Below, in pieces: positions 1 to 11,966 of a stretch of 41,499 nucleotides of DNA; the first letter of the stretch is position 1, and each line of letters begins with the position of its first letter. The stretch covers positions 1-41,499 of the forward strand of contig JALDZS010000198.1 of the NCBI GenBank assembly GCA_022813965.1, given 5' to 3'. The notes beneath the pieces are model-generated. The model saw nothing but the letters and a program-made list of their open reading frames with translations, was not told the DNA's origin and ran no database searches. The DNA is from Toensbergia leucococca. Taxonomy: Eukaryota. The translations under genes and the position numbers were made by a program.

Positions 1-807
1 CCAGTGTGATTAAATTACGCACACGAGCATCCAGCACATCCAAGAAGCCGAGTCTGAAGTCATCCCTTGTCTCATTACGATTTGCTGGACTGTACACTCC
101 TAGCAAAACGAAAGCTGGAAATTCTAAGATGATGCAACGCCCCTCCGAATCAAGAGTCGCAGCATCGACCACTGAACTTGCCAGTTGGGCATTGGTAGGA
201 TAACCCCCGATCTGTTGTTCCTTGGGCAGATCAAGGAAGCTCTTGGACGAGTTTGGTGGGGAGAGGATCCCAGTAATGCCCTCCTCAGCTCGAATCGGTG
301 CACATACTGACTGTCTAGTGTAGATGACCACTCCAGAGTAACCTAGTCTTGTCTCAGTACCAATTCAAGGTCAGCAAGAAGAGTTGTACTACCTTTCTTG
401 TGTTTAGGTAGACTGAAATAGCAATCCCATCCAGGTACAAGCACCATATCATCTCGAAGATCCTTGCGTTGTATTTTAGTTTCTTGAAAGATTACAATGT
501 CGGCCTCCAATATATCAAACATAGACTATTGAACCTCATCAGCCTGCAAACTTTCTTTTTTGGGGTCATTGGAGCTAACCGCAAATGTTTTCTTGTCCCG
601 CCATGGTTGGTACTGGAATGGATTTCTAGGAATTATTTTTTAGTACTGCACCTCAGCAATGTCTAGACCAGGTGATATTTGAAGGTAGTAAATCGAGGCT
701 AGAAGAACTGACCGAATGCCATTGACTATGATTATTGTTAGTCAGGGAGCTTTCGGGCTGCCTTGCAGAGTAAGCATACCATTCCAGGTGGTTATGCGGA
801 GGCCCAT
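1..807 (-). CDS. APN2: DNA-(apurinic/apyrimidinic site) lyase 2, 5' part only; multi-exon, runs off the window
   Basis: The spliced minus strand reads MGLRITTWN-VNGIR-NPFQYQPWRDKKTFA-SMFDILEADIVIFQETKIQRKDLRDDMVLVPGWDCYFSLPKHKK-GYSGVVIYTR, an ExoIII/Apn2 N-terminus. Introns are GT..AG. Confidence 0.95.
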
Positions 808-1012
808 GATAGCACCAGCGCTTTTCGACGCTTCATGACTTATTTCGAAGGCAATCGCAATGTTCATCAGTCCCAGCACGTCCCAGAGTATAATTCGAGG
901 AATTTCCAGCCCTATGACATCGCACCATTGCTTAGTCAGAAATCAAACCCAAGAAACCACCTCAAAGACGCAACCACAAAGCTTCAACCACTATACTCCC
1001 ACATTTGACACA

Positions 1013-1813
1013 ATGCTACCTCGACAACCAATCGTACGTGCCGCGCGGTCCACTGGCCAGCATTTTCGATCTCCTGTGCCCCGCCAGACGCTCCCAAGGC
1101 GGTTAGCCAGTACTGAAGGCCCCCAGCTCACAGGCGCCGCCGACAATGCCTTCAACAGAGAGAGGCAACAGGTGAAAGCACATGCAGCGGCAACGAGTGG
1201 TACGGGTTCCTTTTCTTCCCGAAAATCTCGATCACGGTCTCTTGCTTACCTGACTTTCAGATACCTGGCGGAAACTCTCAATTTAGTAAATGGCCTAGCA
1301 GATTGTATCAAGGAAAGAAGAGAGACTCATTTACCTAACAGTGTCACAATCCCGTGCTTGATAATTGCTTCAGTGAATGCCTATAATCTGTGGGGAGAGC
1401 ATTGGGAGCATTGGAGTCATGAACCGCCTCTGGAGGAACGACCAGAGTACCCTTACCAGAATATCAGAACTAAATCCTTTCCATGGGGCGATGGTGACAA
1501 GGTCAGTGAATCTGAGTGTTTGACAACACACATTTGAGACGAAGGCTAATCCGATGACCGTGCAGACTCTATTGTAAGTAATGTTTTCGTCTTTAGTGAG
1601 GGATGGATTATTATGGGATTGAACTGTCGTCGAAGGCGCACTATGAGAGATTCACGATTAAAGAGACCAGTAGCCTCAAGATCGAATTCAAGGTGAAGTG
1701 GTGACGCGTTGAGAATTATAAAAGCATATGAGAAGACGAGTGATGAAGTCAAGTAAATACTGACGGTGGCATATAGCTGGAATCCTGAGGTCAATTACCA
1801 TCATAAGGACTAG
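1013..1813 (+). CDS. COX13: Cytochrome c oxidase subunit VIa
   Basis: Exons ~1013-1199, 1261-1285, 1342-1501, 1565-1572 and 1777-1813 give ...NAFNRERQQVKAHAAATSDTWRKLSI...[32 protein letters not shown], the COX6A signature. Confidence 0.95.
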
Positions 1814-1845
1814 TAAGGATGAGGGCAAATATGTGAAGCAGAGGC

Positions 1846-1866
1846 GTGGGTGTGGGTGTGGGTGTG
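1846..1866 (+). repeat. Short (GTGGGT)n hexamer repeat in the COX13 3' region
   Basis: gtgggtgtgggtgtgggtgtg is visible directly. Confidence 0.8.
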
Positions 1867-2086
1867 AGCAGTTAGTCGGGTGGACAAGGAAGTCATTTTC
1901 GTGACTAGATGGTGACTCGAGAGGGACGACTGACATCGAGCAATGCGAAGAGAACCATTAGCCAATTCCATATGATTTAACTCGGTGTGATCCATTTGCC
2001 GTGATGGTCTGTTGGCCAATCGAGGCTCTCACTGCGTCAGCACTGGACCTTGCAAGGCGATAGCCGTCACTGCTGCTGTTTGGAAT

Positions 2087-4694
2087 TTAGGATTCCTCCT
2101 TCGCAGCTCTCTTGATATCTAAGTACTTCGACGCACAATCGTTCGCTAAAATCAGGTCTCCATTCAAATGCATGATGGTGGCTTTCTTAGCCATCATCTC
2201 GCACTGTCCCTTGATGTCCTCAATCCTGGAGAAATCATCGAAGGATCTCCCAATGTACTCCAAAGCCTTCACCATTTGCTCCTTTCGCTGTGGAGCTTCG
2301 ACCCTTGCCTGCCCAGCCATCCCCATATGAGCATCAGCAAGAAAGGAGAATGTATGTGCTGATAAATCACAATTTTCGCACTCTAGAACCTGTGGCATGA
2401 TACTCTCTAGCAATTTTGCTGCTGCACTGAACTCTCTCAGGCTAATTAAGACCCTGCATAGCGCCCCAACAGCTTTCCATAGCGTTGGCAACAACATTGC
2501 CCGGTATGCGAGACTTGCAGCGCGTAAAGCGACAGAGAAACCTTTCTGAGGTGTGCCTGCTTTGTCTAGAATGCGTGCCTTCAATGTCATGAGCTGGATT
2601 CGCTGTTCAATGTCTGCCTCTTCGTTACTTAATCTCGTAGAAAGCTTCTCGAGCATAGTTAGAGCTGTGGAGAAGTCTTTTCGTCGCACATGGAGGTCTA
2701 TCTCGAGGACCACAACGGCAAATGACCAATCTTGACCGAGATCAGGAGCTGCTCGGATTTGGAATAAAACGTGTTCCGCGGCGACAAGGTTGTCTCTAAG
2801 TATCTGTCAGCAAGCTGATAAGTCAGAGAGCCAAGTTTCACTCGCCTATGAAGATGTCTTTGAAGTTTGAGCAGGCCTAGATGAGCCATCCAAAATTGTT
2901 GGTACTTGAGGGTTCGTAAAGCCTCCTGGTTAATTTCGTCCATGCGAGACAGAGCATCGTTGTACCGACCTCGTTGTGCAAGCTACTCGCAGCGGTCAGC
3001 AGTTGTCTTCTCAAATTTCCCATTGTAATACGTACAGAATACGCGCTTTTACAAATACAGTGTATTACATCCTCAATAGGAGACTGAGCAGCGTAGCATT
3101 GCAGGAAGTGCTCGCCACAGGACCATGCTTGACAATTTACACCTATCCGCTTTTTAGCGCCTATATCAAGTTCGTCCTTTACAACGGCTTGCCTTGCCCT
3201 ACCTAGCCTGCTAAATATAGATGATTGCATCATCATCTGGCTTCCTACAGCGTTGGCAACGTTTTTCGTCACGTTCAGATGTGACGCCTTCATGATGCTC
3301 TCAAATGCGAATGCTGTACTATCGCCCTGGGAGAAAGTTAACACACAGCTCCCAATGGTATCGATCAGCACTTTATGAGACCAACTTACGTTACATAATG
3401 CGAGTCTAGCTTCGCTTAGTAATGAAGTGCTCAGGAGGCTCCACATACTGGACTCCTTTGCCTTTGCCTTAAGGAATGCTAGAGCCTCCTTCTCTGTTCC
3501 GAGGACTCCTTTCTTCTGCACTTCGCCAAGCTCTTCGGGGTGCGTTTTACCAAAATGATACAGCCAACTCAGGCTATAGTTCAAGCATCCCATGTCGTTG
3601 TTTTCCCTGGCAGTCGAGATGGTTTCTTGCATCGCGACTATTGCTTCAGCAAAACAGCCAAAGTCGGCCTGTAGTATAGCGAGATTGAGTAAAGCATATT
3701 GATAGAAAGTGCGGTCTCGGTTATGCATAGTATAATCAAAATAACGGTGGAGGTTGTCGAAAGACGACGGGTAATCGCCAGCTTTCCATGTATCAAGAAA
3801 TCTATTGACTGGTCAGGAAATTGATCTTCGGCATTGCTGGTGAGAGTAATACCTGACGTAATGTGATAGACTCGGGACTGTGACACCAGTCCGGACCATT
3901 TTGCGGAACTGGGTCTTCATTGCCTCGGGTAGCCTGTTTCCCATTCCTGTAAAGTACATTAGCACATTCCAACTACCAAGCATCCAATTCTTACTTTGCA
4001 TTTGATCGACCTGGTACTCCAAGAGCTTCTCTACGTCTTCAGTGCTAACGCTTGCCTCCTTTCGGTTTTCGTCTGCGAAGTCGCCGTACACAATACCGGT
4101 CAACTGGTCTCCCAGGCTAAGGCTATCTGCTTGCAGATTTTCATCGATTCCGATCCTTTTTGCTGCAGGGTTCCTTCTCTTCCACATTGACATAGTTGGC
4201 CCACGGTAGGTAATATAACTCTTCCACAGCGTGACGCCATCATGGAATTGAAGCCTCGTGAACTCTAGCTGAGCTCTCCTAACAAAGGCACCAAGAGGTG
4301 AGGTCCTTGACAACAAGATCCGTTTCCTGTCGGTTGATATTTCATCCCCGGCATCATTTGATGATTCATCGCCTGTCTTGACAAGCAATAAAGAGAGAGA
4401 GTCAAAGAAGACATGCAAGGCATCAAAGGAAGTAACCTCCCATAGCTTCTTTAGCAACAGATCCCAAAGAGTCCGTCCAGGAATACACGAAGAATGAGTT
4501 ATGGTTGCTTTCTGGAAACACTCGATACTAATGATGAAAGGACGGTCTTGCTCCGCAGAAGGATCAACAGGAAGCAGATGGGAGATGAGAAATGAAAGCA
4601 CAGGTATCATCGCGATTGAGGGGACCACATCGTCACTATAGAGAGATATGAGGGCGAGAAGACCAATTTTGGAAGGCGTCAAATAACGTGACAT
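2087..4694 (-). CDS. APC5: Anaphase-promoting complex subunit 5
   Basis: N-terminus MSRYLTPSKIGLLALISLY, plus SPLGAFVRRAQLEF and YQYALLNLAILQADFGCFAEAIVAMQETISTARENND (ANAPC5 motif). Multi-exon ORFs 3813-4694, 2877-3728 and 2087-2713. Confidence 0.93.
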
Positions 4695-5031
4695 GCCGAG
4701 CGATTTTACATCACATTATGCGTCTTCACTCAGCATTAGGTGCATTGTTTGCCGGTCTTTGTTCTTGGAGGTTCAATTGACTTTGTTATTATTTCTTTGC
4801 TAAAAGCAGTACGGAGAGTACGTTGGCCGAGGGGCCTTGCCAGTCTAACAATACGGTAGGCTAGGAGCTCTTTAGAGCTATGGCTACCGTGCCGTGCGTG
4901 CTACCTTACCTTACAATGATGCACGCTAAAAATCACACTCCCCGTTCTTCCTAAAAGTTCCTACAACCCTGCCATTGAGAACGTGTGTTCAATGTCTAAT
5001 TCTCTGTCGACGACTGATCTCACCTCGGCCC

Positions 5032-5548
5032 TTAGGCCACATGACTCGCTGTCACATTCTGTATCAATCCCTTCAACTCCTTCACTTCGTTGTTCAAGTT
5101 GTTCAAGTGTGTTGCCATTGAGCCATTGTTTTCGTAAGAGTCTCGAGGTTTGCCGCTGCCTGTTCCTTCAAGGCTTCAAGGTTGGCTGCGGTTTCTTGCT
5201 GTAGGGAATTCTCGCTATTCGCAATTTGGTTACTGAGAAACCAAGACTGAAAACCGACTCCAGAAACCGTTGCACAGAAGGTAATCATCACAGGGTAGAC
5301 GACGTGTGTGATGACTGATAGATATGTCAGCAGTGATTCTCATTAGAACTATAAGGTAAGTACTTACAGCCAGGTCAACGCCATAGTACCATATCTGCCA
5401 TTTGAGATATATCAAGGGTGCTATGTGTCTATTAATCACCACTCTAAGTCAGTGAAAGATGATCTGACTTACGGAGAGGAATGGTCTTTTGCCTCAAATT
5501 GTGAGGAACGGATCAGGGTTCAAGCAAATACTGTTTGTGTCAATCACT
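5032..5548 (-). pseudogene. Probable decayed orphan gene (hydrophobic segment followed by a coiled-coil-like tail)
   Basis: Two canonical-looking introns: GTAAGT donors at 5472 and 5367, CTGAC branch sites and YAG acceptors. The last exon reads ..ITHVVYPVMITFCATVSGVGFQSWFLSNQIANSENSLQQETAANLEALKEQAAANLETLTKT and, after an 8-nt duplication, MATHLNNLNNEVKELKGLIQNVTASHVA*. Confidence 0.5.
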
Positions 5549-5562
5549 ACTCTAGACCAGTG

Positions 5563-5790
5563 AGAACCAAGAGGGACAAGGGGGATGGGGAGATATTGAG
5601 AGAGAAGAAGGAGAGACTTGAAATATTAGTCAAAAACTGTGTCATTGCTACACCAACAACCATAGATTGATCAGCAGGGAATATGCCAGGTGATACAAGG
5701 TTTTTGTATACTTGTACATATATAGACTTAGTCAGTGCCATAGCCTCAAGGCTGCATGCACTTAATGAAGAAATGAAAAAATAAATGAAA
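5563..5790 (+). mobile_element. 5'-truncated LINE (non-LTR retrotransposon) 3' end with 14-bp TSD
   Basis: Matches the reverse complement of the LINE 3' ends starting at 39527 and 41100 (gtcagtgccat..ctgcatgcacttaatgaa). It has an A-rich tail and is flanked by actctagaccagtg (5549-5562) and actctaaaccagtg (5791-5804). Confidence 0.88.
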
Positions 5791-6137
5791 ACTCTAAACC
5801 AGTGGAAGAGGATCTAATTTACAGTGAGTGCGGGTGATATATCACCAACAGTGAGAAACGTGAATCTGTTTTACCAACGTTGATCGTGGATGTTGCGTGT
5901 GCCGAAATCGTTCGTTGGGTGGGAGAGAAATAGGAATCTAGGTCGAGAAGTGAGTTGGAAGCTAAAAAGGGTGGGTATGACTAGTCACCGGGGGTATGAG
6001 TATACCTTCCTTTTGAAGGAAACAAAGATGTGCAGACGAGTCGAAAATCAAATATTTATTCAACATCACAGTCAAGGATTGATAATACACAATCATGGTC
6101 CAATCCTCATCCGGTCATCTTGAGACGTGCTCCCTAA

Positions 6138-6990
6138 TCACAGTCTTGTTCCTGCGTCAGTTCCCGGCCGAGATATATCGTCCTTTCTCCTGTCCTCGAT
6201 CATTTCGCTATCACTTAGCCCGTTTGTAGCCCACACTTTGCTAATAGCTAGATCGAACGGGCCTGGCACACGGTCGATCAGTCCAATCCCTACGGAACGT
6301 ACTTTTTGCCTTAACATTTCTGTCTGAGGCTCCACAACGGTTCCATGGTTTGTCCTCACAAATTCATTCCATTCAATAAGTAGTGTTTCCCACTCTCCTG
6401 GCCTTCGCGCGTACAGCCGGTGTTGATGTATATCAGTCGGCACAATTGACTCGGTCTGTAGATTTACAAAGTATTTCCTGCCGTCTGACTTCACTCGCAT
6501 TGCTAGATACGCGTATGGGTCTATATCCCAAAGACTCTTCCCGAAAATAGTTGGCGGTCTATCTCGATTGCGCCACGCAGCATATCCCGAGCGTTGAACC
6601 TGTGGCCTATTAGGTGGCAATTCAATTGAGATCTCACCGTGAAATCGGGCATGTGATGGCTCCAGAGATGTTGAGGGAACATGCTCGAAGGAAGCGTGGG
6701 AGAAGCCTCCAATATCTGCATCGGACATGGTTTTGCAGGCCTGGACAGTCGCAAGGTCGGAAAAGTCTAAGAGATGATATGGGGCAGTGGGAATGCGTAA
6801 ACCCTCTTGCTTTAGCGCTAGAGAACAGGTAGAGCGTCAGCTGTAGTAATGGACAGCTAAATAGCAACGAATAGCATCCGACAAGTGGTCTCAGATTCAT
6901 CACTCACTTACCAATATTAGAAAGTCTCTTGAACTCGTCGATGCTACGCCTCACGAAGCCTGGGGCGAGCAAACGAGGTGCTGGCCTCAT
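6138..6990 (-). CDS. CIA30: Complex I intermediate-associated protein 30 (NDUFAF1 family)
   Basis: MRPAPRLLAPGFVRRSIDEFKRLSNI, an intron, then ...MSDADIGGFS..FHGEISIELP..RSGYAAWR..LAMRVKSDGRKYFVNLQTESIVPTDIHQHRL..GPFDLAI. Confidence 0.93.
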
Positions 6991-8463
6991 GTTTTGCAAT
7001 TAACGTTGCCGATAAAGAGTGGGTTTTGGCAGGTTTGGGAGGAATCGACACGGTTGAAGTAAATGGATCAAGACTAAGAACTGTGTAAATTAAGGCATTC
7101 AAGGTCTATTTGTAGGATTGGTACTCGTCTTGATATGGGCCCCAATGTTTGTCTAATTATGTTGTACCTTACTCGTATAGCAGGAGCGCTCGAAGTGAGA
7201 GAATGACGTCTGCCTCAAATTTGCGACGCTGCTCTCGTACCCAAATGTTTAGGTAATTGGTTGTTGAGCATTCAGGCAATTTAATCAAGACGTTTCTCTA
7301 TCGAAAGAACGATACAGCATCAATACATCGATTGCGCTTGCGAAGCAGGCAGCGTGGAACAGTATGAGTGGCATGCTCATGATTGGTTACCACTTGTAAA
7401 TACAATTGCTCGTGATAACCCGAGCCCCCCTGTGCGGCAACCCAGCCTCACGATCTAAAGTAAGGTATGACTTGCTAGCTGAAAAGGGCTTAGTAGAATA
7501 CCGCTTAGGGTGGTTGGTATCATACTACGAGTAGAAGCGCGGCGTGCGCGGCTATTCCACGTGAGACCAAGATTCCATGAGAATAAGGTAGGTACAATAT
7601 GAGCTTCAGTACCTTAATGAAATAAGACACATGTACGTCACCTGTTGCCTGTGAATGTAAGCTACCTTGCGTTCCGCTGCCTGGTTGAACACAATGAATA
7701 GGCCTGTCTGCATTCACATCGTGCATAATGCCGTCGTTTACAACCAATCATGTACCTTACGCACCTTCGTTGAAAGACGTCCAAATAGACGTGACGCTAT
7801 GCACGAATAGCGTGACACCAGGTGGCAGAACGTGGTAGATCGCAAACTAATGAGGCTCAAGATATATAGGGTATCTTCCTTCCAGGGAAGAGATAGAGAT
7901 ACTCCGGCTAGGGTACTCGTACCAAGCGGCAATCGAGTTCCAGGCTAAGAAATTCTTGGACCAGATATGGTTCAGCCGATGGCTCCTTTAATCGAGTACT
8001 ATTGGAGTGAAGCATCAATCTTTCAGCCGCTTGAAAAGACGGTTTCCCAATAAAGACAGTAATAGTTGTCCGCTCTTGAGCCATGTGTCCTTGCAGTTAT
8101 GCCCGAAGCGAAAAAGTCGAATTCACCCCAATCCTGGCAGAGAAAGCATCATTACTAGCAATTAGCGTGTAGAGCAGGGCTGTCTCCTGTCAGCCGAACA
8201 CATACTTAAGCAAGCAGAATGCCAGCCAGAAACATTCTCTGCTTCTTAAACATCCTTTCTCTTACATACACTTCCTTCGTCTTCCACAGCCTCGCAAGCA
8301 CTGCTGCTAGCAAACTCATCCTTTCCTATCTCCTGCTCCACAGAGCTTGAGTGTTCAAGTCAAGCACATTCCTGTCCATTGTTTGCCTGAGTGCACTTCT
8401 CGAAGCTCTCGTACACTCTTTCCATCCCACGTCTTACCAGTACCATACATGAAGCAATTCAAA

Positions 8464-10951
8464 ATGTCTCATTCACCAGCGACTCCAGACAAGTCCACTG
8501 TAGATGCCGCCATTGTACCGTCCAAGGTTCCAGTCCCTTCACTCGATAAGCTTACCTCTACCTCCAAGGTGAAGCAAGCCTCATTTCACGAGCCTTCTCC
8601 AGCAAGCACATATGGCGATACTGCTGCCGGCGACAGTTTCCCTGCTACCCCACAAGAAGCTGGCGAACATGGTGAGTCCTACTCTTGCAATTCACACTTT
8701 ACTCTCCTCCCCACAATGTTCCAATTCTTCTATCCCGTCTTAGTGGTACCAACCCTTTACGTCGTCTTCGTGATGTCGATGCTTTCTTCTACCACGTACG
8801 AGTCGCTGCTCTTTAATGCTTACAATCCCGTTCTGGGACATCTTCATGGGCCCCCCATTTTGTTGTTCGCCAATTAGCTCCTCTAATTGACAGTTGGGCT
8901 GATATCTCCAGACTCTACCATGTCTCTGATGCAGCAACTGCGAGCAGCACAGATTAGCGATCCCAACTACCCTGCTTCTCGATCACCTAATGCGGCTCGT
9001 CAAGTGAAGTACTATACGAAGTCCGAGCGACATGGAGATATTACTCGTGGAAATCTTGTCGAGCCATATTCTAGTCCATCAAAGACTGGTAGTGTGGGCA
9101 ACTTCCATTTCAGTAATGCGTCTGCAGGCTCTTCACCGACTGCGGATCGCTACAAGCACATCATTCAGAGCCCAAGTTGGCGTCGTAAGGAAGAATTTGT
9201 CCGTCAGTCTCGTGTACAATCAGAGGATCCTTTCGTCTCTCGAAGCGGCTCTAACCAAGGTAAGCTTGGCTCCAGACCTACTCACCATCCCATTCACTGA
9301 TACAACTAGCCATGGGGGACACTTTCCTTCCTCGTCAAGATAGAGAGGGCCTCGAGCTATCTGGCGACAACGCACAGGCTGTGCTACCACCGAACGCGTG
9401 CGTCTTCGTAGCAAAGTAAGCATCAACGTCTACTCCACGTGACATTTTCTAAGCCTTTGTAGTCTTTCTTCAATGCGTAGTGATGAACAGCTCGAATTCT
9501 CTGTCAGCCGAGCGTTCCAAGCTTTTGGCAATGTTTACGTCAAAATTCGACGTGACAACAAGGGCATGCCATTCGCTTTTTGCCAATACGAAGTAGGTGA
9601 TCAGTGCTGCTTAGAGGGCGTTGGGACTGACAAAAGCAAGCACGTATCCGACTCGGAGCGTGCTATCACTCTTGGTCGAGGTCTCCTTGTTGATGGGCGT
9701 CCATGCCGTACGGAGCGAGCTAAAGTCAACCGTAAGCAAACCCAATACTCTGAGCTAAGCTTAGCCATCGATCTGAGACATCAACAAGCAGGCTCGTTAT
9801 ACCTCTCGAAGGTGACCGGAGGTTCAATCACCGAGGATGAAGCTCGCCACGTACTCACTCCATACGGCGCCATTGAGAAGGTTTGGTATTGCACGCCGAC
9901 CGATAAGGAGATGTTCCGCCTACCAGAAGGAATCTGGGCTATGTTTGCATTCTTCCAGGATTGCCGCGATGCGCAAGCTGTAAGCTCTCCTTCCCACTGC
10001 TCGGAAATGTTGCTCATCATGATCAGGCTTTCCGAGACAAACCAAACTATCGTCTTGAGCAACCAAAGATGCCAGAGGACATTCGAAGCCGTCTCGGTAA
10101 CCGTCCTTTTTCGCAGTCTCCTGTGACACGGTCAAGTCCAGGGTACGGTTTCGTGTCGCCACAGACATTGATGAGACGTGCTGCAGATCGGTGTTCTGTT
10201 TTTGTTGGCAACCTGCCTCCAATCACCAACGAGGATCAGCTGCGAGATATCTTCGGAGGATGCGGGCGTATTCGTCATGTTGAGATTGTCCGTAAACCGT
10301 CGGTTAACAGTAGGCTTTCTCCGTCCAAATCTGCTTCACAGCTACGTGTTTGCTGAAGTTCATCCAGTAAACGGAGTCAATGCGTTCGCTTTTATCGAAT
10401 TCTCTAATGAGGGAGAAGTTTCTTTCGCACTCGAATACGAGCGCTCAATTGAAGGCGTTCGTCTTCGCGTGGAACGCAAGGAGTCAGCGGAGCCAGTTGG
10501 CCGTCGAGGGAGCCCCATGACGTCCATGGGTAGTCCACGCAACCGCTATGTTGCTGATCCCGTTGAAGCATCGCTATTGTTTCAACATGGCTTCTCTGTG
10601 GGTATGGCAAACGCGGCTGTCTCATCCCCAATATTCAATCCGAATGCGCCCCAGGGCATGCCACCGCCGATCTTCGCTCCATACTCGTACTACCAGCCAC
10701 CATACAATTCTTCTCAATATGGGCCATATGTTGCTCCGGCCTCTGCCGTCGATGAAGATACTTCGGCTGCTATGCAGGTACATAATAGCACTTACATGAC
10801 TCAGCCAATTGGCCAATTTCAGTATCCCCAGGGAACGACTCCTTATGCACCGTACAGTTATTACCCGCCACGTCCTTCCTATGTGTACCCTCCCAACAAT
10901 TCCAACAGCGAGTCTGCGGCTCCTGTTGTTGCCAATGCGAATGGCGAATAG
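8464..10951 (+). CDS. Multi-RRM RNA-binding protein, Rim4/Msa1-like; start could be 8449 or 8464
   Basis: Spliced RRM1 ACVFVAN..RSDEQLEFSVSRAFQAFGNVYVKIRRDNKGMPFAFCQYE..GLLVDGRPCRTERAKVN resembles Rim4/Msa1 RRM1. Further RRM motifs SVFVGNLP and AFAFIEF, and a Y/P/S/Q/N-rich C-terminus. Confidence 0.75.
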
Positions 10952-11966
10952 GTTCACCAGATCATCCATTTACCAAGTTCTCTTCACGTCCGTGGCTCAT
11001 CTACTCGGCTGCTGTCAGTCTCGCAATCTGTTCCGTCATCTCGTCTACTAGCAAGATCTTCCTCACGAGTGGAGATTGCCATGGTATCCTCGCTTAGCCC
11101 TTTTCCACGTAATTTCGCTTTTCACATGTTACATTTCGTCTGCGTTTTTGAGGGCTCGAGTATTGCCTGAGTACGCATTTTTTTCCCGACATAAACCACA
11201 TGCTGTACATGTGCCAAGAAGGATCGCAATGGTCCAGAAAAAACTTTGCTGCGCACTGTCGAAAATTACAGGCTTTTCCCCAGCGTTGCAGCCATACAGC
11301 ACCCGTTCCTTGTGCTGTAGTCTCAAGCATACGCTTCTTAGCGTTTTAGCTGGACTCAATCTAATTCCTGGAATCTTTGTACATCTCTGCTGTCGTTGGC
11401 TTTGGCGTGCAGTCGCGATACGAGATCTAAGATTCCAAGCGAGGAGGTTTCGAAATGGCGGTCATTCCAAAGTAATCTTGCAATCTAATAGCGCTTCCAT
11501 CTTTGCTAGGTGCCTGAGAGAGGCCATTGCACCATCAAATACAGATAAAGGGGACATTTAGAGATAAATAGCACGAGCTTAAATCAAAAATTGTGTTCAA
11601 ATATCTGATCTGCTCTCTACTTTTTTTCCCATTGCTTGTGCTAAAGACCATATAATGAGTAGCAAATGGACGCCATAGACAGTGTCACTATGAAACCCCT
11701 GAGTTGATTCGGTAGCCATAGAATCAGAAAACGGACTCCTCGGTAGATCGGATTGTGCCCACGAGGCCTGAGGGGCCTTGCTCAGAGCTCACTCCTTCCC
11801 GGCACTAGCAAAGATTTCAAATGCCGGAGTCCATAATCTTTCCCGTCATATCATGCATAGTACAAGATAGGCCATCAACATCTTCATTCCTCTTCCACCG
11901 ATCCTTCCAACTTGCTTCTTGATTCTTAGAACACCAACTTTTACTGTTGTAGTAGTCTTGCACAAT

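Noticed and set aside
860..1537. 225-aa ORF from the track taken as the COX13 protein
   Set aside because: It reads through introns and 5' UTR. The spliced model from ATG 1013 fits COX6A.
1846..1882. Possible G-quadruplex in the COX13 3' UTR
   Set aside because: Only three closely spaced GGG runs, with a long loop to the fourth; there is no other support.
5356..5367. Palindrome gtaagtacttac giving splice donors on both strands
   Set aside because: It is only 12 bp. The minus-strand donor explains half of it, and no plus-strand gene is evident.
7000..8340. Short ORFs in the divergent CIA30/RRM intergenic region
   Set aside because: No recognisable motifs or coherent splice pattern; treated as promoter and UTR.
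11076..11561. 161-aa ORF after the RRM gene
   Set aside because: Non-ATG start and no protein-like features; probably 3' UTR.
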